A stretch of DNA of 64,000 nucleotides, taken from the NCBI GenBank assembly GCA_965203295.1, contig CBDBCZ010000013.1:832001-896000 (forward strand). Direction: 5' to 3'. Shown piece after piece: positions 48,212-61,200 of the stretch (position 1 is its first letter; each line of letters opens with the position of its first letter). Made by a program: the position numbers and the translations under genes. The notes under the pieces were generated by a model that saw only the letters and a list, made by a program, of their open reading frames with translations, was not told the origin of the DNA and made no database searches. The stretch is from Nitrospirales bacterium. GTDB lineage: Bacteria; Nitrospirota; Nitrospiria; Nitrospirales; UBA8639.

Positions 48212-48728
48212 TGTAGTAAGTACAGAGTGATGTATTGGTTTTGTATCACCTGTTTAGTAGTCCTGATCACTGTAGTACATGTATCGCACATGCAGCACTC
48301 ATGCACCCCTTATTTGGTTATATGCCTGAGTTGTATACCACATGCTCCTTTATCTTTTTCACACCCCTGGTTTGCTGTATACATGTACTTCCCACACTTG
48401 ACATGCTTCCCTTCTGGACAATACTTTATCGGTGTTTATGTAGTAGTCTAGGCCTTGTGTAGTAAGGCGCCCCCTGGACCCCGAAGGAATTTTTTCCGCT
48501 CCAATGAAGGCGCCCCTCGAGGGTCATAATTAATTTTTAAGGGCGCCTTAATTAGAGCGGATACGGTAGTCTAGGTCATACAGGATATGATGCAATGGAC
48601 ATTTTGGTTTATTACTATGCTGTTGAATTTAAGTCACTATCTGTTTGCATTTACTCACTTATAATAATACCCGCACATCAAGATACTTTGGAACCTCCTT
48701 ACCACCTCTCAGCAACCCCTGCGCTACA
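48212..48728. mobile_element. Probable solo LTR (or Ginger-like element) with TGTAG...CTACA termini
   Basis: 4-bp TSD attg; absent at ~32996 in copy 1; contains a nested MITE-like end (..cttaattagagcggatacggta). Confidence 0.65.
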
Positions 48729-51700
48729 ATTGCTTAGACCAGCATGCAGACAGCTAGCTGGTATAACATGATTGTAAACATAATAATTATGGCTAGAGGT
48801 CTGGGGATTAATTCCCGGGGAAGTCCTCCCATAAAGCTATTGAATATGAATAGAATATGTAATAAGATAAATACATGTACTGTACTGACCTAATGTATTG
48901 TAACAAACTTTCCTATAATAGGCCTATTCATCTTCTGAGTATGTGACGGCAAGAGGTCTGGGGAATCCCCAGGGAAGTCCCCAGGGAAGTCCTCTAACTG
49001 TAAACAATTCACTACCACTATACCCAAGTACAAAGTACGGCGGGTGAGTGAGCTGCATATATTGTTACAGTACTGTCTCATTGGCCATTTTTGGCCTGCT
49101 GCCCCTGAGGCGTGACGTAAAATCTAATGTTTATCTATCTGTCTATATGGGTGTAAGTATGGTATGCTATAGGTCATGAGCTGGACTGTCGGATTACGTC
49201 ATCACTCACGATGTGGGCGTGGCGACGCTAGGATATTTTCTCGGGGCAGATTGTTCTAAGATGAGCCATGGCTGCTATAGGCCTATAGGAGAGGTTGTCT
49301 GCTTGAGTCATATTCGCTTTGCTCGGTCGTATCATAGCTAGCAGAGTAGAAGGTACTTCTACTCTGCTATCTAGTGCTGATAGTTATCTCTACTATTATG
49401 GTACGGTAGCTGTAGTAAGCTCCCTTTGGTAATTGCCCGGCTCTCTGACCCTTCTTGCATTGTAGGTCATGCACGAACACGGCATGCGTGTGCCAGAGAC
49501 ACCATTTTAAACACGTACCTGCATAAAGCACCATATAAATTATTTGGTCATGACTCAAACTGGAGAAACCTACTGATTAGTTTGCGCATGTTACGTATAA
49601 ATTTTGTCCCTCCCTTCATGGCAAACGATATTTATATAGCTACGCTCCCTTTTTCATTGTAGCTAGCTATTTGCTAGCTAGCCACAGCTGTAGCAAGTAG
49701 CTAAACAGATTTCCAAAATATAACACCTGGAACAAATGTACTATGTATACGCTGAAGCCCTGAGAGTTGAGAGCACTAGCTACTGCAGGCTTTAGCTATA
49801 ACTGGCGTACATAGCATTAGTATTGCTATTAGCTAGAACTCTATTACCCCTATAGTATCACAAAAGTGCAATTATTTTCATAATTGCACACTTTATTTTA
49901 GTTTAAGAGCCTAACGTGCAGTCCTATAAATCACAGTGCAAAGTGTACTCTCTATCAGCTCCCTTGCTTTCATTAGCATACTGTCAGAAAGGTGTAGAAA
50001 ATAGCTAGCAATCTTCTTGCTCATCTTCTCTCTCATCCCGCACGTAAACAACACGTGCAAGACGTGATTGCACATGCGTTCACAGAGTGTATTCATACTT
50101 ATAACGATGACTAACTCTTCTGGAAGTGTGTTCATCAGCTTCAAACTTCAAACTTTACACTACATGCTTTAGGTGCCACTGTTACCTCTTCAGCACGCAC
50201 ACGCTCTAGCTCTGGAAGTTTTTGCCTCTATAGCCAGGCTGTCAGTTCTTCTGGGGACCCTCTTTCACACATCTAAAGCCACACATGCATGCACGAATAT
50301 AAAAAAGTGGAATAGTGGGAACCCCTGTATAATACATTGCTTGCACAGATAGCTACAGCTGCCAACGGCTATGTACACTCAACATACAGTATTATAGGAA
50401 ATCCCACCCACTATAGATGAGATACAGCTGCAGTTTGGTTCACTCCATGCACACAGCAGTTTAAGCAAAGAATGCGAAAATATACCAAAAATATTGCTAG
50501 CTACAGCGTCTCACCCAGGGCCTACAACTTTAAATTACAAAGGTTAAACCTCACCCTAACCTTTTTTTATCCGTTCTTGGCAACCCATTGGTTGTCAGCC
50601 TGCTGCAGATGCACGTGCACATGTATATACATCGGCTCGCGCTCGATTATATCATAACAATGCAACACAGTACAACCTGAATATGGGGCCTAATTTCCAA
50701 GGGGGAGGGGGAAGATACCAGTGAAAGGGGAAGGGGAAATGGAATACCCTACCCCCCTAAATGAAACCGTGTTTGGAAGACTGGCAGTGTCCGCTATTGC
50801 TCAATTTTATGATTAAGATTTACTCTTGTATGAAATGCTTTTCCTCCTCCCCTTTTTTTCAGGACCACATCCTGTCCCAGCTGTGACACCAAGTTCCCTG
50901 TCTGCATAGCCTCAGGGCAGCCCCTGCTCGACTACCGCTCTTGGATGTGTTCCACCTGAATAAAGGTTACTTTAACATTGGTTTGGTTGCTGGAGCAGCA
51001 TCTATACCATCTTCACATTGTGATGATAAAGGAACAATGTTTTGCTGATTGTAGTACCTTATTTGGCTATCATAGTGTGGAGAGATCGTGTCACATGTCG
51101 AAGGTCAGTAGCAACAGTTAGGCAAAAACCATGACTTGTGACGATACCTGTACTACACAGATTATATAGCAGAAAGTATAATTTCGATAAACTACAATAC
51201 ATTTGACCTATACACACAAGTGGGCAGATAGTCACGCTGTTTATGGTCTGTTTTGGGAACTGCAGTAAGAAAGGTCAGGACAGGTGATTGTCCTAATTGA
51301 AAAAAAAATGGGTCTGCAACTCCAGTAACCAAACACAAATACGTATATAAGTGCGTGAGTGAAGCGAGTGCTAGTACTTGTAGTACAGTTATTTGTACTC
51401 AAGCAAGTAGCTAGTAAGCTACTTGCAACACCTACTTAATCTGAACTCTGAACTTGTGAAGCACTCATAGGAGTATGGTTCAGAAGAGAGAACGCCATTT
51501 ATGTTTTGGGGGTTAAACGAGGTTAACAAAAGTGGGAAGAGGTTGGAGGCGTATACTGATGTTAACATGGTAATTTGTGAAAGCCTGGGAATGAGACTTA
51601 ATAGCTTGAGAAAAGGCTAAGAGAGCAGTTTGCTGATCCAGTGCCTGAATTATGCATGCATGATCATAATAATATGATACTGTAAGGATGTATATATGTC

Positions 51701-52600
51701 CATCGTGATCATTACAATAATAGAGAATGGATTCATGTCCATAAGTGAGGCTACACCATGGGTTCAATAGTTGAAAAGGATCTACTATGATGAAAGTTTG
51801 AGTGGGACATAATAAGAACAGGCAAAAATCGTTTTCCATGCACTGATTGTTGCAGCAGCGGAAGCATCTGCTTTGTGTGAATACCATTTCATAAGCAAAG
51901 AGCAACTCTGTGCCCTCACAGACACCCAATAGCTAACACCAAATTCCCTTGCCAAGCCTATAGTTACACAGAATGTAGTCTCTGATCTTAGGGTCTACCT
52001 TTGTTTATTGCACTTCTGTTTAAAATACTTTTCTCAAACACTCAACAAAGTTCTGAGTTGAGTTCTGACTTTAAACTAGTGTTACACACAGCTTCTACAT
52101 GGGGAGCCACTCGATCATTATCAGTGGGGCAAGCAATAGAGGAACAATCTCATACTGGCCCACTCACGCAATTATTATGTGGCTATAGCTCATGCACATC
52201 CGGGCTTATGTTTAAGATACTGTTTGGAGCTGCAACAGAAGCAGACATGTTTTAACCCTTGGATGTGAGCCACACATGCTATGACATACAAAATGTTTAC
52301 TTTTGTATTAACACAAATATAGCTAAATGCACCACAAAATTCGAACAACTTGGTAACACAACAGTGAAAGGGATATCTATTGCTAATCTGAGAAATCTAA
52401 GAGAAAACAATTACACAATTTCACCAGTAATACAATCAAACATCATAAGAGAGACCATAATTGTAGCATAGATACACGACTGTCACAATCAGTTATTGTA
52501 ATACTATTGGCCTTGTTCCGATATATCCCTCCCAGCAATCTGCCATTTGTGGTACTGGTGGCGACCAAAAAAAAAGGTCAAGGGGAGACCAAGAATGTTA

Positions 52601-54415
52601 CTACATGCTTCGGTAAGTGTTGCTGCCGCTTTTTTCTACCCTCAATGGCTCTCTGGTTCCTGTTTGGCCTCTATTAGTCATCACTTCATACTGTTCTGGG
52701 TTCAGGAGCCTGTGCGGAACAGCAGCATCGAAATGTTCTTCTTCATGGTCTTGAAAGAAGCAGTGTAGCAGTTTGTGGCTCTTGAGCTTGTGTATGCAAC
52801 CAGTTTTTTTATCGAGCAGCCAGCACGCAGAGAACAGGACAAAGTACAGCAGTGGGAGTGCGTATAGCACATCAGTTAAAATCAGCAAGAAGGTCGAAGA
52901 GTGACCAGTTAACAGTGCAGTGATAAAAATGAATGTAATGAGGATATAGATGGTACCTAAGATAGCAAAAATAACAGCATCTACCACATTATACAGGTAC
53001 ACTTTGTAAGGCTGAACGAGAGCAAACAACAGTGCAATCCACCAATAAATAAGTGCTGATACAGCAACGGCAATATATGGCACAGCAATAGAAAAGAGCA
53101 AAAGAACAATGATCCGAAGGAAGAAATAGAGTCCTGCAAAATATCGATAGTCTCGTGTGCCATTTGTGCCATCTTTGTAGCAGCCTTGGATAACCTCAAC
53201 AAATGTGTGAAGGGCTTGAGAGTTCAGTTTGCATCGTGTGAGACACTTTTGGAAAAAGGCAGCTTGGTAGAGTGTCAGTACAATGGGAGGTAGAGCAATG
53301 AATGTCAACAGTACAACAATAGATAGTAGAGCAAGTGGGAGATGTTCTGCATGAAAGAATCGAATATTTGCATCATATGCAAAGACGAATGTCTTCAGTA
53401 GCTTTCCTTGGCCATCGAACAGCCGTGTTGGGAATAAAAATCTTCCTGCCACGAATAATAGTTTTACATATGATAAAAGTATGAAAGTTGCAAAAGCATC
53501 GATTATGGACGTCTTTGGTTCAACACTTCTTCTAAAGCGGAGGAAACACCTTAGAAAGGGCCTCCAACAGTAAACAACAGGCCTGAAATCGCCAGCATGC
53601 AGTTGAATGCAGATGTAGAGAAATACAATGACAACTAATGGGTAAAATGCTAGTATATATTCAAGTGCATATGCTTGTAATGAACGAAGATGGCGTGTGA
53701 GACAAAATAGAGGAATGATAGCACGGAAGATATGCAAGTTCCACATGTCATATAGGGCAGCAACTACCACTGTGGACATTCTCTTGGAGTATGTAAAAGT
53801 ACCTTGTGCTCCCAGCACACTCATGGCGAAACTGATGCCAAGGAATGATGATGTGGAAATCTGGCTATAGAAGATGAAAGAATTAATGGGTCCTGAAACA
53901 ACACTAATGGCAAAGATTACAATCACTATGAAAATTATTGTGATTGGTAGATATGTGAAAATAATAAATTTTATCCAACCATTGGAGTCTCCTGTGCAGT
54001 TGATACACTCAGTGAGGCGGAAAGGTGGAACTGCAAAGCCATCCTGGCACTCTCCACAGAGCAAACCTTTTCTATTAAACGGGCCGCACACTCGTTCATT
54101 GAGATCTGATACTTCAGTAGGAAGCGGATAGTAGAATTTATAAGAATCATTTCTAAAATAGGCTTGCTCACAATACCCAGCTCTCAGCTCTCCAGTTTCA
54201 TTGTCGTATGTCATGCAGTACCCGATCAGTATTGAGGCATTCAGTGAGTCTTCATCGCAAGTGATTATTTCACCAGGCCAGTCTGCACAAACACAACTAT
54301 TGCCGTGTGAGACAAACCCAGGAGGACAAGAAAGGGTGGCTGTGATCAACACAGCAATAACTACTGTAACTGTAACAGTAACTATGAGTATTCTCATACT
54401 GTACACTGTAGTCAT
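52601..54415 (-). CDS. Cys-rich multi-pass membrane protein, paralog 3 (TM3), intact, intronless, 604 aa
   Basis: Signal/anchor, CPPGF..CVC, CGPFNRKGLLCGEC, NSFIFYSQI, LLSYVKL, GCYKDGTNGTRDYRYFAGLYF, QPYK; many hydrophobic helices; same architecture as the C-terminal part of gene 1-4429. Confidence 0.9.
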   Translation of the reverse strand: MTTVYSMRILIVTVTVTVVIAVLITATLSCPPGFVSHGNSCVCADWPGEIITCDEDSLNASILIGYCMTYDNETGELRAGYCEQAYFRNDSYKFYYPLPTEVSDLNERVCGPFNRKGLLCGECQDGFAVPPFRLTECINCTGDSNGWIKFIIFTYLPITIIFIVIVIFAISVVSGPINSFIFYSQISTSSFLGISFAMSVLGAQGTFTYSKRMSTVVVAALYDMWNLHIFRAIIPLFCLTRHLRSLQAYALEYILAFYPLVVIVFLYICIQLHAGDFRPVVYCWRPFLRCFLRFRRSVEPKTSIIDAFATFILLSYVKLLFVAGRFLFPTRLFDGQGKLLKTFVFAYDANIRFFHAEHLPLALLSIVVLLTFIALPPIVLTLYQAAFFQKCLTRCKLNSQALHTFVEVIQGCYKDGTNGTRDYRYFAGLYFFLRIIVLLLFSIAVPYIAVAVSALIYWWIALLFALVQPYKVYLYNVVDAVIFAILGTIYILITFIFITALLTGHSSTFLLILTDVLYALPLLYFVLFSACWLLDKKTGCIHKLKSHKLLHCFFQDHEEEHFDAAVPHRLLNPEQYEVMTNRGQTGTREPLRVEKSGSNTYRSM

Positions 54416-54802
54416 GCACTACAATCCACACAACTGCAGAATACTGTCACAGTACATACAGCCAGTGCAAGAAAAGAGCACACTATTGCTACTATCATAC
54501 TAGTACAGCCTTGTTGTATGAGACTAGATCCTAAAATAGTGGCAACTCTACTAGCTGGGACATTTCGTAAACCCACATTACGTCAATGTACAATTATATC
54601 ACAATACATTGTCATATTGACTAGGGAGTTATCCTATGAGTTCCATATTGTAAACACTATATGCATGAATACTTTTTGATCGTTTTCTGCATTCTTGGTC
54701 AGGGATGCAAAAACAAATACAGGCTAAACACGGACCCCTACCCTTACAACATGCACATGTAATAAATCCCCCCTTCCCCCCCTTATTTCCTGATTTAGTT
54801 CT

Positions 54803-54880
54803 TGTGTGTCTGTGTGTATGTGTGTCTGTGTGTATGTGTGTCTGTGTGTATGTGTGTCTGTGTGTATGTGTGTGTGTGTG
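54803..54880. repeat. TG-rich compound microsatellite
   Basis: tgtgtgtc/tgtgtgta units. Confidence 0.9.
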
Positions 54881-55694
54881 GGGGGGGGGAGCCTGAGAAA
54901 ATGAGGCTACACTGAGATCAAAGGTACTGTAACAGTCTAACAGTTGGTGAGCTGTCCTTGCCTCATTCCCCACCCAACCTCGGGGGCAGCATCTCGAGTA
55001 ACACACACCAAGTGTGAGGGGCTAAGGACTATAGATGGAAATCAGGCATAAGATAGTGGAAATGGCAGCTCCATACTTTGAACTGGGAAAGTGGCCTCGT
55101 CCCAGGGCCATGTGAGTACCTGGGAATGAGACATATGCCTGGGAAAAGGCTAGGAGAGCATGCAGTATGCTGATCCAGTGCCTGAATAATGATCATGATA
55201 TTATCATAGTAAGGATGCATGTCCATATTGAGGCTACACCATGAGTACAGTAATGATAATAACAAATCAGGCGGAGCTTGTAAGATCACCAGTCAGAGAA
55301 CAAGAGCAAGAGCAACCACTATCCTGATCACCATAGTTATAGTTTTGTTCTTTCTATATAGTATCCCAAACACTTATCAAACATGTCGAAATTTTCACAC
55401 CCTAAAATAAGGTTGTCTCAGTTTTTTGGGTACCCTTGTGATATGCATGAAGTATTTTCACTTAATGAAGCCATGTTCTAACAACCTAGGTGCATGAGGG
55501 TATCGGCATGGCTACAACTTTATCATTCCGGATTACAGTATTATAATGATTAACAATAATTTTACTGATGTAACACTTGTGTAACTGTATGATTGTGACC
55601 CCCAATCAATGGTCTCTTTCTAGTCATTATGTGTATGCTGATACTGTCTATTTAGATATCTTTGGTGTAATATCTTTACAGCGATTGGTATAAT

Positions 55695-55852
55695 TAATAG
55701 CATGGCTCCGAGTGCAATTAGGGATTAATAGCACGAGTGAGTGGCATTAACTAGGTTTTAAATTGCACGAGGCGAAGCCGAGTGCTATTTGCCTAGTTGA
55801 TGCCACTCACAAGTGCTATTAATCCCTATTTACACGAGAAGCCATGCTATTA
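55695..55852. repeat. Imperfect ~158-bp palindrome centred on gaggcgaagccgag
   Basis: Arms taatagcatggct..tagggattaatagcac..gtgagtggcat..aactagg..gcac and their reverse complements. Confidence 0.8.
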
Positions 55853-55943
55853 TTTGTTAATCATGTAATTCGTCATCGAAAGGTAGGCGGGGCTTTTACA
55901 AGCTCGTCATCACCGACCCATACCTGCGAGAGAGACGAATCTC

Positions 55944-56048
55944 TAGCCTCGAACCCAGGCCTTACACGCCCAGATTTTATCTCGCAGCAGATTTTTCTCC
56001 AAGGCGGCGAGATAAAATCTGGGCGTGTAAGGCCTGGGTTCGAGGCTA
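55944..56048. mobile_element. Miniature hairpin element (TAGCCTCG family)
   Basis: Arms tagcctcgaacccaggccttacacgcccagattttatctcgc and complement; 9-bp TSD acgaatctc. Confidence 0.9.
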
Positions 56049-56404
56049 ACGAATCTCTATGCCGCTGCTCTACTAACGTTTCTATGCCCATAGGCCCAGG
56101 TTGCATAAATTTCTGGCCAATCAAATTGCTATTACAAATTTTGCACACTTATTGGCCAATAGTATCGCTATTTCAGTTTTGCACACTTTTGCGTACAAGA
56201 AAACATGATTTGAATACAAGAAAACACAAATACAAGATATATTGCACACTTGTCTATGTAGTTTTAGTACAGTACAATAACAAGTATATGATTAGAAAGG
56301 TTTACACATGCATGGACTCACAGTGTAGAATGAACGACTAGTGTAGCTGTATATAGGTCTAGCTGTGATCCCAATAGAGAAACCACGTGAGCTGTCATGC
56401 AGGG

Positions 56405-56600
56405 CACAGGAAAAAAAAGTGGAATTTCCTGAAATGCGTTACAAAGAAATTTGACAGAAAATGTGGCATTTCAGGTACAGGGTAGTATAGGATAGGGCAG
56501 AATTTCCTTTAAAATTATGAAATTCTGCCCTATCCTATATGACCCTGTACCTAAAATTTTCTTGTAACGCATTTCAGGAAAATCCACTTTTTTTCCTGTG
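56405..56600. repeat. Nested ~200-bp fold-back palindrome
   Basis: Outer arms 56405-56452 / 56553-56600; inner arms 56474-56506 / 56519-56551. Confidence 0.8.
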
Positions 56601-57805
56601 TGAATGTCATGTACTGTGAACCACAGCAATTGAGTAAATTTGAGCTGTGCTTTATAATTTCTGTTTGATGTCAATGTTGTTTTGGTCATAGCATGTGACT
56701 GTGTTGTGAGATAGATAATAGAGCTCTAATTTATGGTTGATGAACATCAATAGTGCGCGGCAGATAATGAGACCATTTTTTGCAGGTAGGGCTGAAACGC
56801 ATGCAGGGCCTAGATACGCCCCTTTTCTTCCCGCCAGTTACGCAGCAAGTACAGTAATAGTCATGATAGAACGAACAAGGCCCAAAAGACTCTATGCTAG
56901 CTACCAGAGGAAGCCCGGGCCCATGAGCTCCTGTGCTAACTATGGGCAGGGTAGGCCTGTTGAGCAGCTCAAGCTGGTCACAAGCGTCAAGAGTTGAAGG
57001 CCAGCTAGAACGGGAGTGAGGAGCCAAAGAACGACGTCGGAGAAGGCGTTTGTCAATTAGCAGCTGTGAAAAGAGTTGCCTCTGATCCTGGTGAACAGCC
57101 TGTGCACGAGCACACATTTCAGCTCAGTAAAGCAAGAAACTTCTACAAGAGTCCTGTCTGGAGAATGAGGAACGGCTGTAGAGTGGTTCATACAGTAACT
57201 ATAGGGCAGGAGTGGGTATCACGTAGTCTGCAATGCATCTCTGGTAAATGCACAAATGCCAAACTCCTCTTCACTGTCGTTGATAAATATATATGGGGTT
57301 GATCACCACAGTGTAATTCGCTGTTTCAACAAGGACATCATTGTCGTACCTGAGTCTAACAAGTACGTGTGTAGCAGGGAGCTACAGGGTGATATGTACA
57401 GGAGGAATAAAGACATGCACTACTTTCGAGTGAAGGAATTAAGCTGACAGAGGCGAATAAAGATGGAAGACAGAGAGATTCATATCTGATTGGATGGCTA
57501 TACACCACTATTCTAGAAAATTTAAAGGGAAGCCCAGACTGCACTCCAAAATTAAGACAGCCTCAATAAAGCATGCATTGGAAGATGAAAAATAAATGAC
57601 CACTCACTGGTATACAGCTGTATACATTGCATATTACATTCTTTCTCAAATTTGACATCTTTGAACCGTACAACATAGGCCACACCACAGAGAGAAGGGT
57701 ACGTGGTAACAAACTAAGATGTTAAAGGTGTGTAACATCAAATGACCTCCCTCAATCAACAGTGCATGAAATGAGCATTTCAATCATTGCTGCAAAATAC
57801 ATTAA

Positions 57806-58128
57806 CTCATTGCACGTGGACATTACGTCATCTTGGGCATCACCGTATACGAATTAATTTACCCATAGATAATATAGCCTAATATCTATGGTACCGTGTA
57901 TTGACGATCTGGCTGGTACTCGTGCGTTAGTTTCTCGAAATGACTTCCGGCATTTAGGCTATGAATGTCTACTTGTAATTACAACCTGTTTCTGATAATA
58001 GAAGGGTTCTCCCCTAAGGGAAGCGCCGCTATGCACGTGCGCGAGCTACTTTAGTGGCCTTCCGCATGGGCTACACGCGAAAAATTATTGAATATGGGCC
58101 ACTTAAGTGGCCTCCCGTGTGCAATGAG
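57806..58128. mobile_element. TTAA-flanked MITE
   Basis: TIR ctcattgcac/gtgcaatgag, with TTAA on both sides. Confidence 0.75.
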
Positions 58129-58251
58129 TTAAAGGGTATGTACTAGCAGTGTACAAAATATAGGCTAATAACTACTAGCTACATGCAAATTTAGGTTAAA
58201 GCACAGCACTCTTCTATAACAATATCTACAATTACAAACTATACAATATTC

Positions 58252-61200
58252 TCAGTGACTGATCTGTCCGTATGCCACATTTCCACTCATCTCAATCCTC
58301 TCTGGCTGATCTGGAACCTCCTCATAAACGGCAGCAGGCTGCTTGGGAGTGACTGGTCCATAGGCGATATTGTCTTTTAAGTCAATGTCTCTGGGGCTGT
58401 TATGAGGTGATATGTTCTCATACATTGGAACAGGCTGTTGTAAGTCACTAGCAAAATGCTTTCTCTTCTTCTTATAGATACAAACACCAACAAGGGTTCC
58501 TGTGGCAATTAGCAGTAAGACTCCCACCACAATGGGGGCAACTATCCAAATGGGAGTAGAGGAGCCTGGAGAGTAGAGAGAGACAGGTTCAATTAAATTT
58601 GTGCTGTAGCTGACTGTTTAAACATGGGTAATCAAAAATCTTACTTTTAAAATAACAGACAGATAGATTCAGTTTTCCATTGATAGGCCTGCCATGGTAA
58701 ATGAATGAAAATGTATGGGCCTACTAATCCATATAGGTGCTAACTAAGATGGTAGCATGATGATCGATAGAAGTCGATGTCCAAATAGCTTTAGTGTTTG
58801 TTGCTTTTCCCCCTTCCAATAAAATCCATGACATCAAAACTTTACCATATCACAGTTTGCCAATAATATCATTGACATTCTGGCAGATGCACTGTATAAA
58901 ATGTGTAGTCTATCTCTGTACATCGTAAAAAAATTACTAGTCAATTTTTAGTAGAGGGGGTCAAAATCATCAAAATGGGAAGGAAGTCCTGTATTGCTAG
59001 TCATATATACGAAATAACAGGCTGCATACTAAAACTCACCTGACACAGTTAGAGTTGTGAAGGTCCCACTGAAGCTGCCGATCATGATACCATCACTGGC
59101 CTGGCTAACAAGTTGTATTACAAAGTTGTAGCTGGTATTGGGTTCCAAAGTGCAAAACACAGCATCATCAGGGAAAGTTGTAGGGTCAGAAGTAACAGAA
59201 CTTCCGCCATTAACTGGGGTTGCAGTACCTATAACACTGAAGTTACCACCTTCAACACGAAGATCATCGTCATCGGATTCTAAGAAAGACACTGTGACAC
59301 TATCAGATTCAATTATAAAACGCAGTGGAAAATCTGGTTCAGAGATGAGGGGAACTGTAGATCAGATAATGGATTTAAAAAAAAAACTCACAAATACGCC
59401 AAAAAAGATAACTGTTTTATTATGAGGCCATCATCATGGCACCTACATGATTGTGGTGGCAGGCTGGAGCTGCTGCTTCTGCAATCAGGGTCATCCATAA
59501 GTACTGCTGTAAACTCGACATTAGTCTCCCCCAGGCAGCCGATGTCAACTTGTGCCACACCATTCATGACCCGAGAACTACCACCACAGCTGGAACCACT
59601 GTAGCTAACATTTATGAAGCCTTCAGGAAACAGTTGCAGTACTTCATTGCCCTGTCAAGAAAGAAGTATAATAATGTGCATGTATGAACACTCTCGCTCC
59701 AGCAAACAGCAAGATACCCAGGACACATAATCGGTATGTTCTACATGTCAGTATATTTTGCTTTGCAAATTAAGATTCCCGAAACAAAATATTGTGCAGC
59801 TTTGCAATTCTTTTACTATTACAGCTGCTAACTGGTAGTGCACTACAAAACTGCCAACTCAGTACTTATAGATATTTGCAAAGGTATTGCCAAGCAGAGC
59901 TGAACGTTTACATGAAAAGTGCCTGACGATTACAATAGCCAGGTTCATATGTATGTGATCGATAGAGGAGGATTCAGTGTAGTATTTGAGAGCTACAGAT
60001 TGAGGTGTCAAATATGTACCGAATTTTAGTGCTAGTCATGCAAGCTTGGTTATCAAGACAATTAGCTATACAAACACGAGTTCTATATAGCTAGAACACA
60101 TCATGTTATGCAAATACGAGCTAGCTCAAATATTGTTAAACCCTCCGGTATAAATGCTATCTCCTAAGGGTGTCCTCATTCTAATTCATACTTATTCTAA
60201 TTCATATTCCCTCCTGTATGTTTGTAAACACTAAAACGAGGGAGTGGGAATTGGATGTATATATTGAAAATTGAAATCATCTTGTTTACTTTTTGTGATA
60301 AAGGAGGTACATCAGTTTACTGGCCAATGAGATATGAAGTTATGAGTCACCGTCCACTGGAGACACGTAACTCACTGTATAGGCACTGCATGCGAACTTT
60401 AAAAATGAGTAACTAGCTGTGAAGGTTGCAACAGCTGAATAACTATTAATTAGCTAACTAGTTCAGCAGCCTACATTCCATATCAAGCCCAGGGTATATA
60501 CAGTATGGTAGCTGGGTGAAACTTCATAGAGATTTTCTTGAAGGACACTTCACTCTACTCCAGTGTTTCTACCTTATGAACCAGTCCCCCTGCCCTTGCT
60601 TATATTTCCCGCTTGCACCATGGCATCTCATAACAAATACATAGCAATTGATTAATGACATTGAGATGGTTCTGAGAGTGAGAGTGGGACAAACTAGGTA
60701 ATTATTACTCCCACCTTTCCAAACAAACTGTATAAAAGTAAACTCACAATAGTAGTCATTAGCTGTATTACAGTTGAGCTGTCTGTGATAGCATAAGTGG
60801 GAGGATCAACGATATCCACACCATTCGCATTAGGTGGAAAAGCTGTTGAAAACAAGAAGTCAACACACAGTAAACTGATTGCACAGAAATGTGGTTTGGG
60901 CCAGAAAAAAAACAATGGCCTTAAAATTATACTACTGTATACTTTACTCAATTATTAAACTATAGAGATCATGCAGAAATTCCATGCTATGAGTATGAGT
61001 TTCCAGGAAGATATAAATATATTGCCCCTAAATTGTCTCGTGCTAAGGTATGTGGGTGCATGGTCAATGGCGTAAGCGCTACTGATACAACTAACAAAGA
61101 GCAAAAAAAGTAGCTATTAGGATAGATCTGCAGGCGTGTTGAAAATCTGAATTCTGTGTACTGAGTATCAAAACATATAGCTAGTTTTTGGCTAGCTATA

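Larger units (their letters stand above)
38931..54000. repeat. Segmental duplication copy 2 (~15 kb)
   Basis: Collinear with 16606-38930 apart from copy-specific insertions. Confidence 0.92.
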
